This document shows positions 12,818 through 25,742 of a DNA stretch of 64,000 bases, piece by piece. Below the pieces are notes generated by a model, which saw only the letters and a list, made by a program, of their open reading frames with translations, made no database searches and was not told the DNA's origin. The translations under genes were made by a program, and so were the position numbers. Source of the stretch: Scenedesmus sp. PABB004 (lineage: Eukaryota); assembly GCA_014905635.1 (NCBI GenBank), contig JABVCE010000009.1:1240001-1304000 (forward strand). Direction: 5' to 3'. The stretch's first letter is position 1, and each line of letters begins with the position of its first letter.

Positions 12818-13653
12818 TCAGCTGCGCTGCAGGTCCGCCGGCGCGCCCGCCAGGCCCGCGAGCGCGAGGTGCGCGGTGTCGTTCACGCGGCACACGTGCC
12901 AGCCCTCCGCCGCCCCGCCCTCCACGAGCACCAGCTCCGTCACGCTCGAGTTGTCAATTTGGATCTTCCAGGTCAAATCCGGGGCAGAGTTCATGACGCC
13001 GCGCACGAAGCTGCACGGCGGGCGGCGCGGCGGGCGACGCGGCGCCGCGTCGCCGCCGCCAGCGGCGGCGCTCGCGCCCGGCCCGCGCGGGGCCTGCGGC
13101 CGGCGCGCAAGCAGCTGCCGGCGCTGCGGCCGGCGCCGCGGCAGGCGTCGCACCACTTGATGGCGAGCCCGTGCGTGAAGACCAGCAGCGGCGGGCCGCC
13201 TGGCTTCAGCGCCGCCAGCGCGCGCGACACGGCCGCTGTGACGCGCGCCTCCAGCTGCTTCTGCGACTCGCCGCCGGGCGCCGCAAAGCCCCAGGGGTCG
13301 CGCCGGATCGCCGCGAGCACGTCGGGAGTGTAGCACGCCGCGCGCGGCGCGCCCTCCCAGCTCCCTTGAGACAACTCCAGCAGCTCCGGCAGCTGGACCA
13401 GCTCCGGCCGGTCCGCTGACGGCCAGTGCTGCAGCGCGATCGCCGCCGTGTCGGCGGCCCGCACGGCGGTCGAGCTCAGCACCAGCCCCGCCAGCCGCGG
13501 GTGGAGCGCCGCCAGGTGCTTGCCCAGCGCGGCCGCCTGGGCGCGCCCGAGCTGCGTCAAGGGTGACGAGTTGCTCTGGCCCGAGACGACCTGGTGGGCG
13601 CGCAGGTTCATCTCAGACTCGCCGTGCCGCACGAGCAGCAGGCGCTTGGCCAT
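12818..13653 (-). CDS. Histidine phosphatase / phosphoglycerate-mutase family protein, 2 exons
   Basis: LLLVRHGESEMN, LTQLGRAQA, ELSQGSWEG, PGGES, LVFTHGLAIK|...IDNSSVTEL...VNDTAHL. Confidence 0.9.
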
Positions 13654-14017
13654 GAACGCGCCAGCGGCTGCGAGTGCTGCAGCGGCGCGGGGTGCCACCC
13701 GACGCGGCCGTGGCTGATCAGGCGCGACGACGCATACGTGAGGCAGCGGAGGGTGCGTGAGCGGAGGGTGTGCCCAGCTCCGGCGGGCGCTTCGGCGGCG
13801 GCGCGCGGCCGCGTCCAAGCGTTGCTGCGCTTCTGCGCGCGCGCCCGACCGCGCCCGTAGCATCGCTGGCGGCGGCGGCGCCCACGTGAACACACTTCGC
13901 GCGCGACACGCGTTCGACGGACGGCTTCTCGCGCCGCAGCGAGGGCGAGGAGCAGCACACGCGGCAGCAGCGAGCGCGTCGGCGTCGGGGCGGCGGCGGC
14001 CGTGCGCTGCGGGCGCC

Positions 14018-16224
14018 ATGGCGCCCGCCACCGACGACGCGTCCTTCCAGGTCGTCATCCTCGCGGGCGGCGAGTGCAAACGGCTCTATCCGCTCACCTC
14101 GGCGGGTGCGGCGCAAGCAGCAGCGGCGGCCGCGTGGCGGCCGCACCTGCGCCGCCCTCCGCGCGCCCAGCGGGCGGCGTGGACCGCGTCCGCGCGCAGG
14201 CACGTTCAAGGCGCTGCTGCCGGTGGGCAACCGGCCGCTGATCTCGTACCCGCTGCGCAACCTGGCCGACGCGGGCATCAAGAGCTGCATCGTGGTGCGC
14301 TTCTGCCGCCGCGCAGCCGCCGCCGCGCAGCCGCCGCCGCGCCGTCGCCGCCGCGCAGCCGCTCGCGCCCACGCGCCCGCCGCCCGCGCCCGCGCGCGGT
14401 GCCGCAGGTCGCGATCGGCGAGGCGGTGTCGCGCTCGGTCGCGGCGCACCTGGCCGCGGAGGAGGCGGACGGCGGCGTGGCGTGCAGCGTGACGACAGTG
14501 CCGGAGGAGTGCGGCACCGCCGACGCGCTGCGCAGCGTGGCGGGGCAGATCAGCGCGGGCAGCCTCGTCGTGTTCAGCGGCGACACGATCACAGACGTGC
14601 CGCTGCGCGCGCTCGTGGCGACGCACCAGACGAGCGGCGCGCTCGCGACAGTGCTGGTGGGGCAGCGCAAGACGTCGCCCACGACCGAGACCAAGCCGGG
14701 CAAGCCGCCGCGGGTGCGGAGGGCGGCGTAGGGGCGCTCGCGCGCGGCGCGGCCGCCGCGCTTGCCCGCCCCCGCCCGCGCCCCGCCTTCACTCTGCCGC
14801 GCCGCGCCTCGTCCCCTCCTCCCAACCCACCTCCAACCCCCCCCCCCCCCCCTCCTAACCCACCCACCCACCCACCCACCCACCCCACCCACCCACCCAC
14901 CCACCCCCACCCACCCACCCACCCACCCACCCACCCACCCACCCACCCACCCACCCACCCACCCACCACCACCCACCCACCCACCCACCCACCCACCCAC
15001 CCACACACACCCCTTCCCAGGGTGTCGACTACCTCGGCCTGGACGCGTCGCGCACGCGGCTGCTGTTTGCGGCGAGCAGCCCCGAGGCGCTGCGCGACAT
15101 CAAGCTCCCGCTCGCCGCCGCGGCGCAGGCGGGCGCGCTGTCCCTGCACACAGACCTGCAGGACCAGCACCTCTACGTGCTCAGCAGGCGCGCCCCACAC
15201 ACACAGCCGCGCCACGGGCGCGCACGCAGCCGCCAGGGCTGCCCGGGGGAGGCCAGGGGCGCTCCGCGCTGCGCGCGCTGCGCGCGCCTGCCGCGCGCCG
15301 CGCCGCGCGCCGCGCCGCCGAGCCCGCGCGCGCCTCCGCCGCAACGGCCCCCATCACGCAGGGAGGCGCTGTCACTGCTGGTCGGCGCGGGGGGCCTGTC
15401 CAGCCTGAAGCTTGACTTCATCCCCTGGCTCACGCGCCACACGCTGCGCACGCGCCCGCCCGGCTCGGGCGGGCCGGGCGCGCGGCGCCCGCCCGGCGGC
15501 GGCGCCGCGTTCCTGCTGCTTGGCCGCGCGCCGAGCAGCAGCAGCCTCGCGTCGGCGTCCAGCCTGCCGCACAGCACCGGCGCCGGCGGCGACGGCGGCG
15601 GCGGCGCCGCCGACGGCGGCGCGGGCCCCGGTGGCGGCGCGGGGCCGGGCGGCGACGCCGCCGACGGCGCCGGCGCCGGCGCGCTCGCCGGCGGCGGCGG
15701 CGGCGGGGGGCTGGGCGGCGGCGGCTGTGGGGCTGTGGGCGCGAGTTACATGGGCCTGAGCCACAGCGGCGCGGCGGCGGGGGGCTGGGCGGCGGGGCGC
15801 GTGGGCGTGCACCTCGTGCCGCCGGGGCGGTACTGCGCGCGCGTCAACACGGTGCAGGCGTACGGCGAGGTCAACCGAGAGGTACGTGTGGGTGTGGGTG
15901 GGGGGGGGGGGGAGGGGCGCTCGCGGAGGGCTGGGGCGGCGCGGCGGTCCACGGACGGGCGAGGGAGGCGGGGGGCAGCCGGCCGAGGCTGCACGCCGCG
16001 CGCCCACGCGCGTGCGCGCAGGTCGCGGCGGTCGACACCGCGCTGCACCTCACGGGCCTCAGCCTGTCAAAGTATGACAACTGCGTGCCGCCCAGCGTCA
16101 CGCTCGGCGCCAAGGCCACGGTGCGGGCCGGGGCGCCGCCGGGGCGTCGCCGGGGCGCCGCTGGGGCGCGGCGGCCGCTGCGCCGCGCAAGCGTGCGCGG
16201 CGCCGGCCGTCGCCGAGCGCCGCC

Positions 16225-16304
<80 letters not shown>

Positions 16305-16847
16305 GCGCGCGCGCCCCTGTCAGATCGGTCCGGCGTGCATCGTGGGCGAGGACTGCGTGGTCGGCGACAAGAGCAGCGTCAAGCGCAGCGTGCTGGGGCG
16401 CAACGTCAAGTGCGGCGCGGCCGCGGCGGGGGCGCCTGCCTGCCCGCGCGGGGCGCGCCGCTCGCTGGGACGCCCCCTCTCTCTCGCCCTCCCTAAACCC
16501 TCAACCCTAAACCTCAAACCCTGCCCCCCCTCCCCCAGGCTGGGCGCGGGCGTGAAGGTCATCAACTGCGTGCTCATGGACGGCGTGGCCGTGGCCGACG
16601 GCGCGCACGTGCAGAACACCATCCTCTGCGCCGGCGCGGCCGTGCAGGAGCGCTGCACGCTCAAGGACTGCCAGGCGCGGCGGCGGCGGCGGCGGCGGCG
16701 CGCGCGCGGCGGCGGGGCGCGCCTGCGCCGGCCGGCACGTTGACGCGCGCGTGCGCGCACGCCTGCTGCTGCTGCCCGCAGGTGGGGCCCGCGTTTGTCG
16801 TGGCGGCGGCGTCGGAGCACAAGTCGGAGACGCTCGCGCGCACGTAG
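14018..16847 (+). CDS. EIF2B3: Translation initiation factor eIF2B subunit gamma, multi-exon
   Basis: FQVVILAGG..KRLYPLT, KALLPVGNRPLISYPL, GTADALR, YCARVNTVQAYGEVNRE; left-handed beta-helix repeats GEDCVVGDKSSVKRSVLG, NCVLMDGV; ends LKDCQ|VGP. Confidence 0.9.
14838..15004. repeat. (CCCA)n microsatellite in an eIF2B-gamma intron
   Basis: Long imperfect CCCA run; related (GGGT)n/(CCCA)n tracts lie in introns near 6098 and 21470. Confidence 0.9.
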
Positions 16848-17019
16848 CGGCGACGCGGGCGACGCGGTTAACGCGCGCTGCCTCGCGCTGACCGTCCGCG
16901 CACGCGCTCCGGTTCCCGCGCAGCACAAGCCGCGCCTCTCAGGCTCTCTCCCTGCTCGCTCCCAGCTGCAGCCACTCGCCCCCAGCAGCAGCCGCTCGCC
17001 CCCAGCAGCGCTCCCCCCC

Positions 17020-17821
17020 TCACGCCCCCTCACGCCCCGCCCGCGTGACGTGCAGCAGCAGCTGGTCGCCGGCGCGCGTCACGCGCAGGTGGGGGTCGAC
17101 GAACGTCACGTCATACACCGGCGCCGGCGCCGCGCCGCCGCGCAGCGCGGCCATGGCCGCCTCCACCGGCACCGACACGCCGTCGAGCCAGGGCGAGAAG
17201 GTGGACCCCGTCACGCGCGTCGACTCAATCGTCAGCTCCAGCCGCGCCGGCCCCGCCACGCGCGCGCGGCTGGTCGTGACGACCGTGCCGGTCAGCGCGG
17301 GCAGGCCGGGGAGGGGCTGCACGCGCAGCTCGACCTCGCTGATCACGGTGCCGCTCAGCAGGCTCACGCTCTGGCTCGCGCCGCCGACGCGCGCGCCGGG
17401 CACACTCGCGGTGAACTCGAAGATCGCCTCGCTCAGCGCGCGGTTGCCGACCACGTCGGCAAAGGCCAAGAAGAACGGGCTGCGCCGGGCGCCGCGCAGG
17501 GCGGAGCGGCGGCGGCGGCGAGGACGCGTTCGCATCAGGGCGCGCCCGGCGGCGGTGGCGCGCGCGCGCGCACGCCAGCCGCCCCTCGGCCGCCTGCGGT
17601 CGCGCACCTGGCGCGGAAGGCCTGCGTGTTGGCGTACACGAGGTCCCACCGCCCCTCGATCGGCGCGGGCGTGCCGGCAAAGGGCGCGCCCGCGCCCGCG
17701 CCCGACTCCTCCAGCCGCTTCACCAGGCGCTCCACCGCCTCGCGCTCCGCCGCGCCCGCGAGCGCGCCGCGGTCGAGCGTGGACAGCAGCTCAAACAGCT
17801 CCAGCTTGGTCGCGCCCACCG

Positions 17822-17858
<37 letters not shown>

Positions 17859-18086
17859 TGCGGGCGCGGGCGCCGACGCGCGCGCGGGCGCCGCGCCGTT
17901 GGTGGCGGCGGCGGCCGGCGCGGCGTCTGACGAGAACGAAAAGGTCACCGCGTCGGCGTCGGAGGCGCGCAGCGCGGTCCCACCGCGCCGGGCTGCCGCG
18001 CCGGTCGACCGCGAGGGGGCGCCATGCGCGCCTGGCGAGCGGACATGCGGGCGCGTGGCGCCCCGCAGGCGAGCGGCGAGCGCCAT
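17020..18086 (-). CDS. Plastid-lipid-associated protein (PAP/fibrillin family), 2 exons
   Basis: KLELFELLSTLDRGALA..VERLVKRLE..IEGRWDLVYANTQAFR|SPFFLAF..YDVTFVDPHLRVTR. Confidence 0.85.
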
Positions 18087-18444
18087 GCGAGGAGCGCGGT
18101 CGGCGGCGGCAGCGCCGGCGTGAGGTGGCAGCGGCGTGCGTGCGGGCGGTCGCGCGTGGTGGGCTTGGGCGTGAGCGCGGGCGTCACGGTTGTGCCGGAG
18201 CTCGGAGCGGGCGCCGGAGCAGGCAACAGTGCGCCGCCGCGGTGCAGCGCCGCGCTTTTGCCGCGCCGCGACGCGCTGATCAGCGCCGGCGCCACTGATC
18301 ACACAGCCCAGCGACCCCTACCACGCACACACGCCGCCAGCGCCCGGGGCGGGCGACAGGCGGCGGCGCCGGCGGGCGGCCGGCTTTGATTGCTGCGCGC
18401 CCATCAACCGCCGCCGCGGAGCGCACAGCGCTGCAGCGGCCGCC

Positions 18445-20470
18445 ATGGCGAAGACGCAGGAGCAGCAAGGCGGGCAGATCGCGGAGACGGTGCAGTGGAA
18501 GCTCGCGGGCGCTGCTGCGTGGCACGGCGCGCTGTTCGCGCTCGGCGCGGCGGTGTGGCACGCGGTCGCGCGGTCGTGCGGCGGCGCGCCGCCGCTGGGC
18601 GCCGCCGGCTCCACGCTGCTCGTCTACGCCGGCATGGCGGCGGTGCTGGTCGCGCAGCGGCGCCTGCTGACGACGCTCGACGTGCCGCCGCTGCGCGTGC
18701 CGCGCCTGGGCTGGGGCGGCAAGGCGTGGCCGTCGCTGCTGCTCGCGCGCTGCCTGCTGCGCCGGCGGCGGCTGCGCGACGTGGCCGACGTGCTCGCCTT
18801 TTACGCCGCGGTGCTCGGCAGCGCCGCCGCGGCGCTCGCGCTGCTGGCGCCGCGCGGCGCGCGCGCGCCCGGGTCGGCGCTCGCGACGTACGGCGCGGCG
18901 CTGGGCCTGCTGCACGCGCTTGGCTACCTGCTGCGGTGCGCCGCGGGGGGCGCCAGCGGCGCCGCAGGGAGGGGGGCGCGGCGCCGCGGCGGGGCCGCGC
19001 CGTCGACGGCTGCGCCGCGACGGCTGCCTCCCTCGCACACCCACACACACCGCCGCGGGCGCAGGGGGTGCAACGTGCTGAGCTTCCCCATCCTGCAGCG
19101 GCACCGGTACTTTCGGCTCAAGCAGCGCATGCGCGCGAGTGAGCAGCCCAGCCCAGCCGCGCGCGCGCCGCAGCTGCTCGCAGCAGACCACGGGCGCGCC
19201 GCGCCCGCCCGCGCGCCGCCGAGCGCCCCGCCCGCCCGCCGCCGCGCGCCGCGGCGGGCGCAGTCGCGCGGTCGTCGCTGCTGCTGCCCACCGCGGCGCT
19301 GCTGCCGGCGCTCGCGGCGTCGGCGGCGCTGCGGCAGCCGTGGGCGGGCTGGGCGGCGTGGGCGGGGCTGTGGCGCGGCGGCGTGCTGGCGGCGTACGGC
19401 TGGGCCGCGGCCGGCGCGTGCCTGGAGGTGGTGTTCACGGAGCGCGTCGCGCTCGCGAGCGACGACGACCCCGCGCCGACCGCGCCGCTGCTGGCGGCGC
19501 TGGCGCACCCCGACCCGCTGGTGCAGGTGCGCGCGCAGACGGGGTGTAGGGGGTGGCCGGCGTGGTGGACCAGGGCCGGGGGTGAGCGGCGCTCACACCG
19601 CTGCTGCGCCGCTGCGCCGCGCGTCGCCCAGGACTGGGCGCTGATGGACGCCGCGGCGGTGGCGGAGGGCGGCCCCGGCTGCGGCGCGCGGCGCGCGGCG
19701 GTGTTTGGCGACGAGACGGGCGCGGGCGGGTGGGTGCCGCTGTCGCGGTACTGCCTGGCCGAGCTGACCGACTTTGTGGCCGTGCTGGCGGCGGCGCTGC
19801 CCAGCCTCGCGGGCGCGGCGGCGGGCGGCGGCGGCGTCAAGTGGAACGCGCTGCAGCTCAGCAGCGCGGGCGGCCGCGCCGCGAGCGCGGCCGCCGACAC
19901 GGCGCTCTGGCACCTGCAGGCGCGCTGCGTGCGGCTGGGGTGGTGCATGCGCATCCTCAGCGGCCTCGCGGCCGCCGCGCTCACGGCCGACACGTACGGC
20001 CTGCTCCAGCTCGCGCGCCCCGGCCTCGCCGAGGTGCTGGCCGCGCAGCTCGGCGTCGTCGCGGCGCTGCAGGCGTTCGTCAAGCACTCGGTGCGGCGCG
20101 CGCGCGGCCCGCAGCGCCGCGTGCTGCGCGGGCCAGCATGGCACGCTGGCCGCGGCTGCGGCCGCCGCCCTGACGCCCTTGCCCCCCATCTCTCCCCTCG
20201 TCGCCCCGGTCGCCCCCAGAGCTCCATCCCCAGCCGCCCGCGAGCGCCGCGGCGTGCCTGCTCGCGCGCGGCGGCGGCGACGCGGGCGGCGCTCAGCACG
20301 TCGACGCCGCGGGCTTTGCGCTGCTCGACGCGGCGGTGAGCGCCACGTACCGCATCACCAACGCCTACGGCGACGTGCTCACGCGCTGCCTGGGCCAGGC
20401 GCCGCCGCTCGTGGGCACGCCGGGCGACGCCGCGGCGCTGCTCGACACCTTTCTCGCGGGCGCGGCGTGA
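18445..20470 (+). CDS. NDC1: Transmembrane nucleoporin NDC1-like, multi-exon
   Basis: Several N-terminal TM helices, VLSFPILQRHRYFRLKQR, EVVFTER, LAAAALTADTYGLLQL, and a C-terminal YRITNAYG-type segment. Confidence 0.7.
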
Positions 20471-20785
20471 CGGCCGCGCGAGCGACGGTAACCGGGACGC
20501 TGATCCACAGGGTGACGGGCGCGCGCAGGAGCCAGCGGGCGCCAGCACGGGCGGGCCAAGCCCTTGCGCCTCCACGGGCCGCCCCGGATCCCCGCCAGCT
20601 CGCCACCACCTCCCACTGCCCTGACGCCCACACCGCGCCGTCTGCCGCGCCCGCGCCGCGCCTGCCCGCCCAGCCCCGGCACTCGGCAATCCAGCACCGC
20701 GCGCTCCCAGCCCCGCGCGCCGCGGGTCCCGCACGCAGCGCCGACTTCACCACCAGCGTCCACCAGCGTCTCACGGCGACACGCC

Positions 20786-22418
20786 ATGGCGGCCGAGCTC
20801 AAGCTCCACCACCACGGCAAGGTGGGCGCCGCGCCGCGCGGCGCTGCTGTGGCGCTCATCCATTACTCCAGCGGCCACCGCGGCCCTCCGCCGCGCGGCG
20901 CCGGCGCCCTGGCGCCACCACGAGCCGCGGCGCACGTCCGCGCCGCTGCACGCCGCCTTGAGCCACGCCGCGCCGCGCCGCGCCGCGCCGCGCCTTGCGC
21001 CGCCGCGCGCGCAGAGCAAGGTGCGGCTCGGGCGCACGTGGCGCGAGGGCACGGTGCACCACTTTGTGGAGTGGAGCGTGTCCACCATGCTGGAGAGCGA
21101 CATGGAGGCCGCCTTCACCGACGGCGACAACACGGGCATGACCGCGACCGACACGCAGAAAAACACGGTGCGGCCGAGAGCGCCGCGCGGCCACGCCCCG
21201 CGCAGCGCGCCGCCGCGCGCCGCAGCGCCGCGCAGCGTGGCCCGCACGCGGCCGAGCGCCCGCTGCTGCCGCCGCGGCGGTGGCGGCGCGCCGCGCAGGT
21301 GTACATCATCGCCAAGCGCATGGCCAAGCGCTGCAGCATCGAGCAGTACGGCACCGCGTTGGCGCAGCACTTTGTGACGACCTACCCCCGCGTGTCCAAG
21401 GCGCGCGTCTGGGTCGAGCAGGCGCCCTGGCGGCGCGTGGAGATCGGCGGCATCGCCCACGAGCACGGTGCGTGGGTGGGTGGGTGGGTGGGTGTGGGTG
21501 GATGGGTGTGGGTGGATGGGTGGGATGGTGTGTGTGTGTGGGGGGGGGGGGGGGGGGATAAGAGAGGGGGAGGAAGGGAGCCCGCGCGCCGCCCGCGCGC
21601 CGCCTGCCGCCGAGCCCGGCGCGGCCGCCGCTCCTCCGCCGCCGGCGCCGCGCAGGGTACTCGATGTCGGGCACCGAGGTGCGCACCACGGCGGTGACGT
21701 ACGACAAGGCCGGCAAGCTGGAGGTCACCTGCGGTGAGCCCCGCGCCCGGCGCGCCCGCTGCCCCCCACCAGCAGCGCTGCGGCCGCCCTCGGACGCCCT
21801 CTGCGCCCCCCTCTCCCTCTCTCTCCCTCTCTCTCCCTCACCACGCCCACCCCCTGCCCCCCTGCCCCCCGCCGCGCCGCCAGGCGTGCGCGACCTGCGC
21901 GTGCTCAAGACCACGGCCAGCGGGTATGAGGGCTTCCTGCGCGACGCCGCGACGCTGCTGCCGGAGACACGCGACCGCATCATGGCCACCAGCGTCACCG
22001 CGACCTGGAAGGCGCGGACCGGACCGGCAGCGCGGCGCGACGCAGCGCGGCACGCACGACGCCGCCCGCGCGGGCCCGCCCCGCGACGCCTCGCTCCCGC
22101 CCGCCCTCGCGCCCCTCACCGTCCCCTGCCCCCCCCCCCCAAAAAACACAGTACGCGTACCAGCCGATGGACTACGACGCCACGTTTGCGGCCGTGCGGG
22201 GCGCGCTGCTGGACGGCGTGTTTGGGCCGCCCCGGGGCGGCGTGTACAGCCCGAGCGTGCAGTACACGCTCTTCCAGATGGCCCGCCTCGCGCTCGAGCG
22301 CGCGCCGCAGGCACGCCGCGGGCGCCGCCGCCGCTCCCGCGGGCAGGGGGGGGGGGGAAGGGAGGGCCTCGCGCACAGCACGCCGCGCCGCGCGGCGCCG
22401 GTCGGCCCCACAACACCC

Positions 22419-22449
<31 letters not shown>

Positions 22450-22796
22450 ATACACGCACACCTCCACACCGCACCCGCCCACCCCCCCCCCCCCCCGGCC
22501 CCAGGTTGAGAGCGTGTTCCTCAACATGCCCAACCTCCACTTCCTGCCCTGCGCCCCCGTGGGCAGCACCTTCAACGACGACGTCTACATCGCGACCAGC
22601 GAGCCCCACGGAAACATAGAGGCGAGCCCCCACGCCCCGCGGCGCCCCGCGCGCAGCGCAGCGCGCAGCTCGCGCAGGCCGCCGGGCGCGCGCCGCGCGC
22701 GCGTGCGGCGCGGCCGCCGCCGACGCCCCGCGCCGCACCGCCGCGCCGCAGGCGGTGGTGACGCGCAAGGACGCGCTGCCGCACTGCCGGCTCTGA
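20786..22796 (+). CDS. UOX: Urate oxidase (uricase), multi-exon, ending in PTS1-like CRL
   Basis: HGK|SKVR, GDNTGMTATDTQKNT|VY, LRVLKTTASGYEGFLRD..TLLPETRDRIMATSV, GVYSPSVQYTLF, NMPNLHFLP, EPHGNIE. Confidence 0.95.
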
Positions 22797-23237
22797 CCGC
22801 CGCCGCCGCCGCGGGAGGGCGCCGCCTCGCTGGTAGGGGCTCGCGACCTCGGCCTGTGAACTGTTCCGACGAAGGGGGCAGCCGCTGGTTTCTGCAATTG
22901 GGGGGCGCTGAGGCGCGAGCGCGGGCGGGGTGCGCGGGCCTGATTACTGAAGTGCCAGCCGCACGCGCGAGCCAGCAGTGCTGAGCGACTGCTCAGGCCC
23001 GTGCGGCGCGCGGCGGGGCGCGCCGCGCGCTTCGTTAAACAAGCCAACAGCTTGGGCGCGTCGTGCCGGCCCCGTGCCTCTCGCGTGCAGTGCAGACCGC
23101 CATTCTTCAGCGCGCGGCGCCCACGGAGGCTGCCGCCGCCAGCGCCCCCCCGACCCGCGCGCAGCGCGCGCGGCCCGCCGCCATCGCGGCGGCCTCTCGC
23201 CCCGTCACACGCACTCCCCCGCCTCCGCGTCCGCTCA

Positions 23238-25742
23238 TCAGCTGAACCACACGTCGCGCTGGTAGCGCCCCGCCGACGCGAGGCCGTCCAGGTAGGCCCG
23301 CGCCGCGCCCGCGTCGGCCCCGCCGCCCGGCAGGCGCGCGGCGATGACCTCCAGCAGCGCCGCCTCCACCGCGCCCGCCATCGCGTTGGCGTCGCCGCAC
23401 ACGTAAAAGTGGCCGCCCTCCTCCAGCGCGGCCCACACCGCGTCGCCCTGCTCGCGCAGGCGCTGCTGCACATACACCTTGGCCGGCCCCGCCCGGCTGA
23501 ACGCGGTGTGCAGCTGAATCGCGCCCGCCTCGGCCCACGCGGTGAGCTGGCCGCCGTACAGGAAGTCCTGGTCGGGGCGGCGGCAGCCAAAGAAGAGCAG
23601 CATGCGCCCCGGCGCGGCGCCGCCCGCGCCGCCGGCGGCGAGGCGGTGCGCGACAAAGGCGCGGAACGGCGCGAGCCCCGTGCCCGGGCCGACCATGACC
23701 AGTGGCGTGGCCGGGTCGGGCGGCAGGCGGAAGTCTGGGTTGCGGCTCACAAACACCGGCAGCACGCCCCCCGCCGCCGTGCGCTCGCCGACCTGGCTCG
23801 ACGCGACGCCGACGCGGGGCGCGCCGAGGCTCTCGTACCGCACGACCGCGATCGTCGCCTGCACGGCCGCGCCGACCGGCGCCGCCTCGAGCGGCGAGCT
23901 GCTGATGGAGTAGAGCCGCGGCGCGAGCGGCCGCAGCGCCGGCAGCAGCTGCGCGAGGTGCGAGGGGGGGGGGGGGGCGCGGCGGGCGGCGGGCGCGCGT
24001 CGGTGGACCGGGCTGGCGCGGCCGGGCGCGCGCGGGCCTCGCGCTGCGCGGCGCGCCGCGCCGCGCCGCGCCGCGCCGCGCCGCGCCGCGCCTGCTCGTG
24101 GTTGAGGCGTGCGGCGTCAAAGTCGGTCAGCACGTCGACCACGTGCCGCGGCGCGAGGTACGCCTCCAGCGCGGCCGCGTCGCCCAGCAGACCCCGCGCC
24201 GCGTCGAGCGCCGCGCGCAGCTTGCAGCCGCCGTCCGGCGCCTGCGCGCCGCCGGGCGCCGCGCCGGCGCCGGCGCCGCCCGTGCTCGCGTCGGCGGTCA
24301 CCTCGATGGACCGCCGCGCGGGGGCGCGCTTGGCGCCCGGGGCCGCCTCCAGCGCCGCCTCGAGCGCGGCCACGAGCGCGGCCAGCAGCGGGGCGGGCTT
24401 GGGCGCGCGGAGGTCGTAGGCCACGCTGAGCGCGTGGCGCAGCGTCAGCGCGCCCTCGCCCGCCGCGCCGGCGGCGGGGACGTGCTCCTGGTCCTCCGCG
24501 TAGTGCCAGGCGGGGCGCGGCACCGGCTCGTCGCCGCGCGCGCGCAGCGCGCCCAGCAGCGCGTCCACGCCGGCCGGCGGGTTGGTCGGCCAGATGCCGA
24601 GTGCGTCGCCGGGCACATAGTCCAGCCCGCCCTCGGCGGCGGCGGCGGGGTCGAGCGCCAGCTCCAGGCGCACCGTGTCCTTGTCGTCGGGGCCGTCCAG
24701 CACGCACAGCCCCTCCACGCCGACCACGCGCGCGTAGTAGGGCCGAGACTTGTTCCACCGCCGCGACGCCGCCGCGGCGGCCGCCGCGGCCGCCTCGCCG
24801 CCGGCGTCGTCGGGCACGCCGCCGCGCTGCGCGTAGCTGGCGAGGCCGAGGCCGGGCAGGCCGGCCAGCACGGCGTCGATCCAGGCGTCCACCACGGGCC
24901 AGTCCTCCTTGTCCACGTCCACGCGCGGCACAAACGCGCCGCCGCCGGCCGCGCCGAGCGCCGCGTCCAGCGCCTTGCCGCACGCCGCAAAGTGCGTGTA
25001 CGAGGTGTCGCCGAGCGCGCACACGCTGTAGCGCAGCCCCCCGAGCTGCCCCGGCCCGCCGGCGGTGAGCCAGTCGCAGAACTCGCGCGCCTCGGTCGGC
25101 GGCACGCCGTCGCCCTGCGTGGAGAAGACCAGCAGCGCCGCCTGCTGCGCCGACAGGTCGAGCCCGCTCGGGTGGTGCGCGGCGTTGGCGAGCGTCGGCC
25201 TGCGGCGCGGCGCGGCGCCCGCGGTCACGGCCTGCGCCGCGCCCTCCGCACAGCGCCGCCGCGGGGCCCGCGCGCTGCGCCGCATGCTGTGTGGTCTGCG
25301 CGCGGCCGCACCAGAACTGCCCGCCCTGCTTGAGCGCGGCGGCCAGCTTCTCCGCGATCTCCCGCGCGAAGCCGTACTCCGTGCCGTACAGCACCAGCAC
25401 CGGCGCCGCGTCGGCGGGGATCACCTCGCGCGGCGGCGCCGGCGCGGCCGCCGCCACTGGCGCCGCTCCGGCGCCGTCGCCGCCCGCGGGGGCGCGCAGG
25501 AAGGCCGCAAAGTCGGTCGCCGCCGGCGCCGGCGGCGCCACGCGGAGGAAGGACTCGAAGCTCGTGGCCGGCGGGCCCGCGGGGCCGGCGGGGCCGGCGG
25601 GCGCCGGCGGCGCGCGCAGGAAGGCATCAAAGTTGGTCGCCGCCGGCGCGCCGGCGCCGCGCGGCCGGGACAGCAGCCACAGCCCGCCCACGCCGGCGAC
25701 GGCCGCGCCGCCCAGCAGCCAGGAGCCGCGCCCGCCCTCCAT
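23238..25742 (-). CDS. Diflavin (FMN/FAD/NADPH) reductase, sulfite-reductase flavoprotein CysJ-like, with N-terminal membrane anchor
   Basis: Flavodoxin LYGTEYGFAREIA, STQGDGVPPTEA, ALGDTSYTHFAACGK; FNR-like RLYSISSS, VGPGTGLAPFRAF, LFFGCR, YVCGDANAM, RYQRDVW. Confidence 0.9.

Noticed and set aside
23238..25742. Bacterial contamination suggested by CysJ-like, PabAB and MlaD genes
   Set aside because: The reductase and ADCS carry spliceosomal introns, the MlaD and ADCS proteins have transit-like N-termini, and all share the composition of neighbouring genes.
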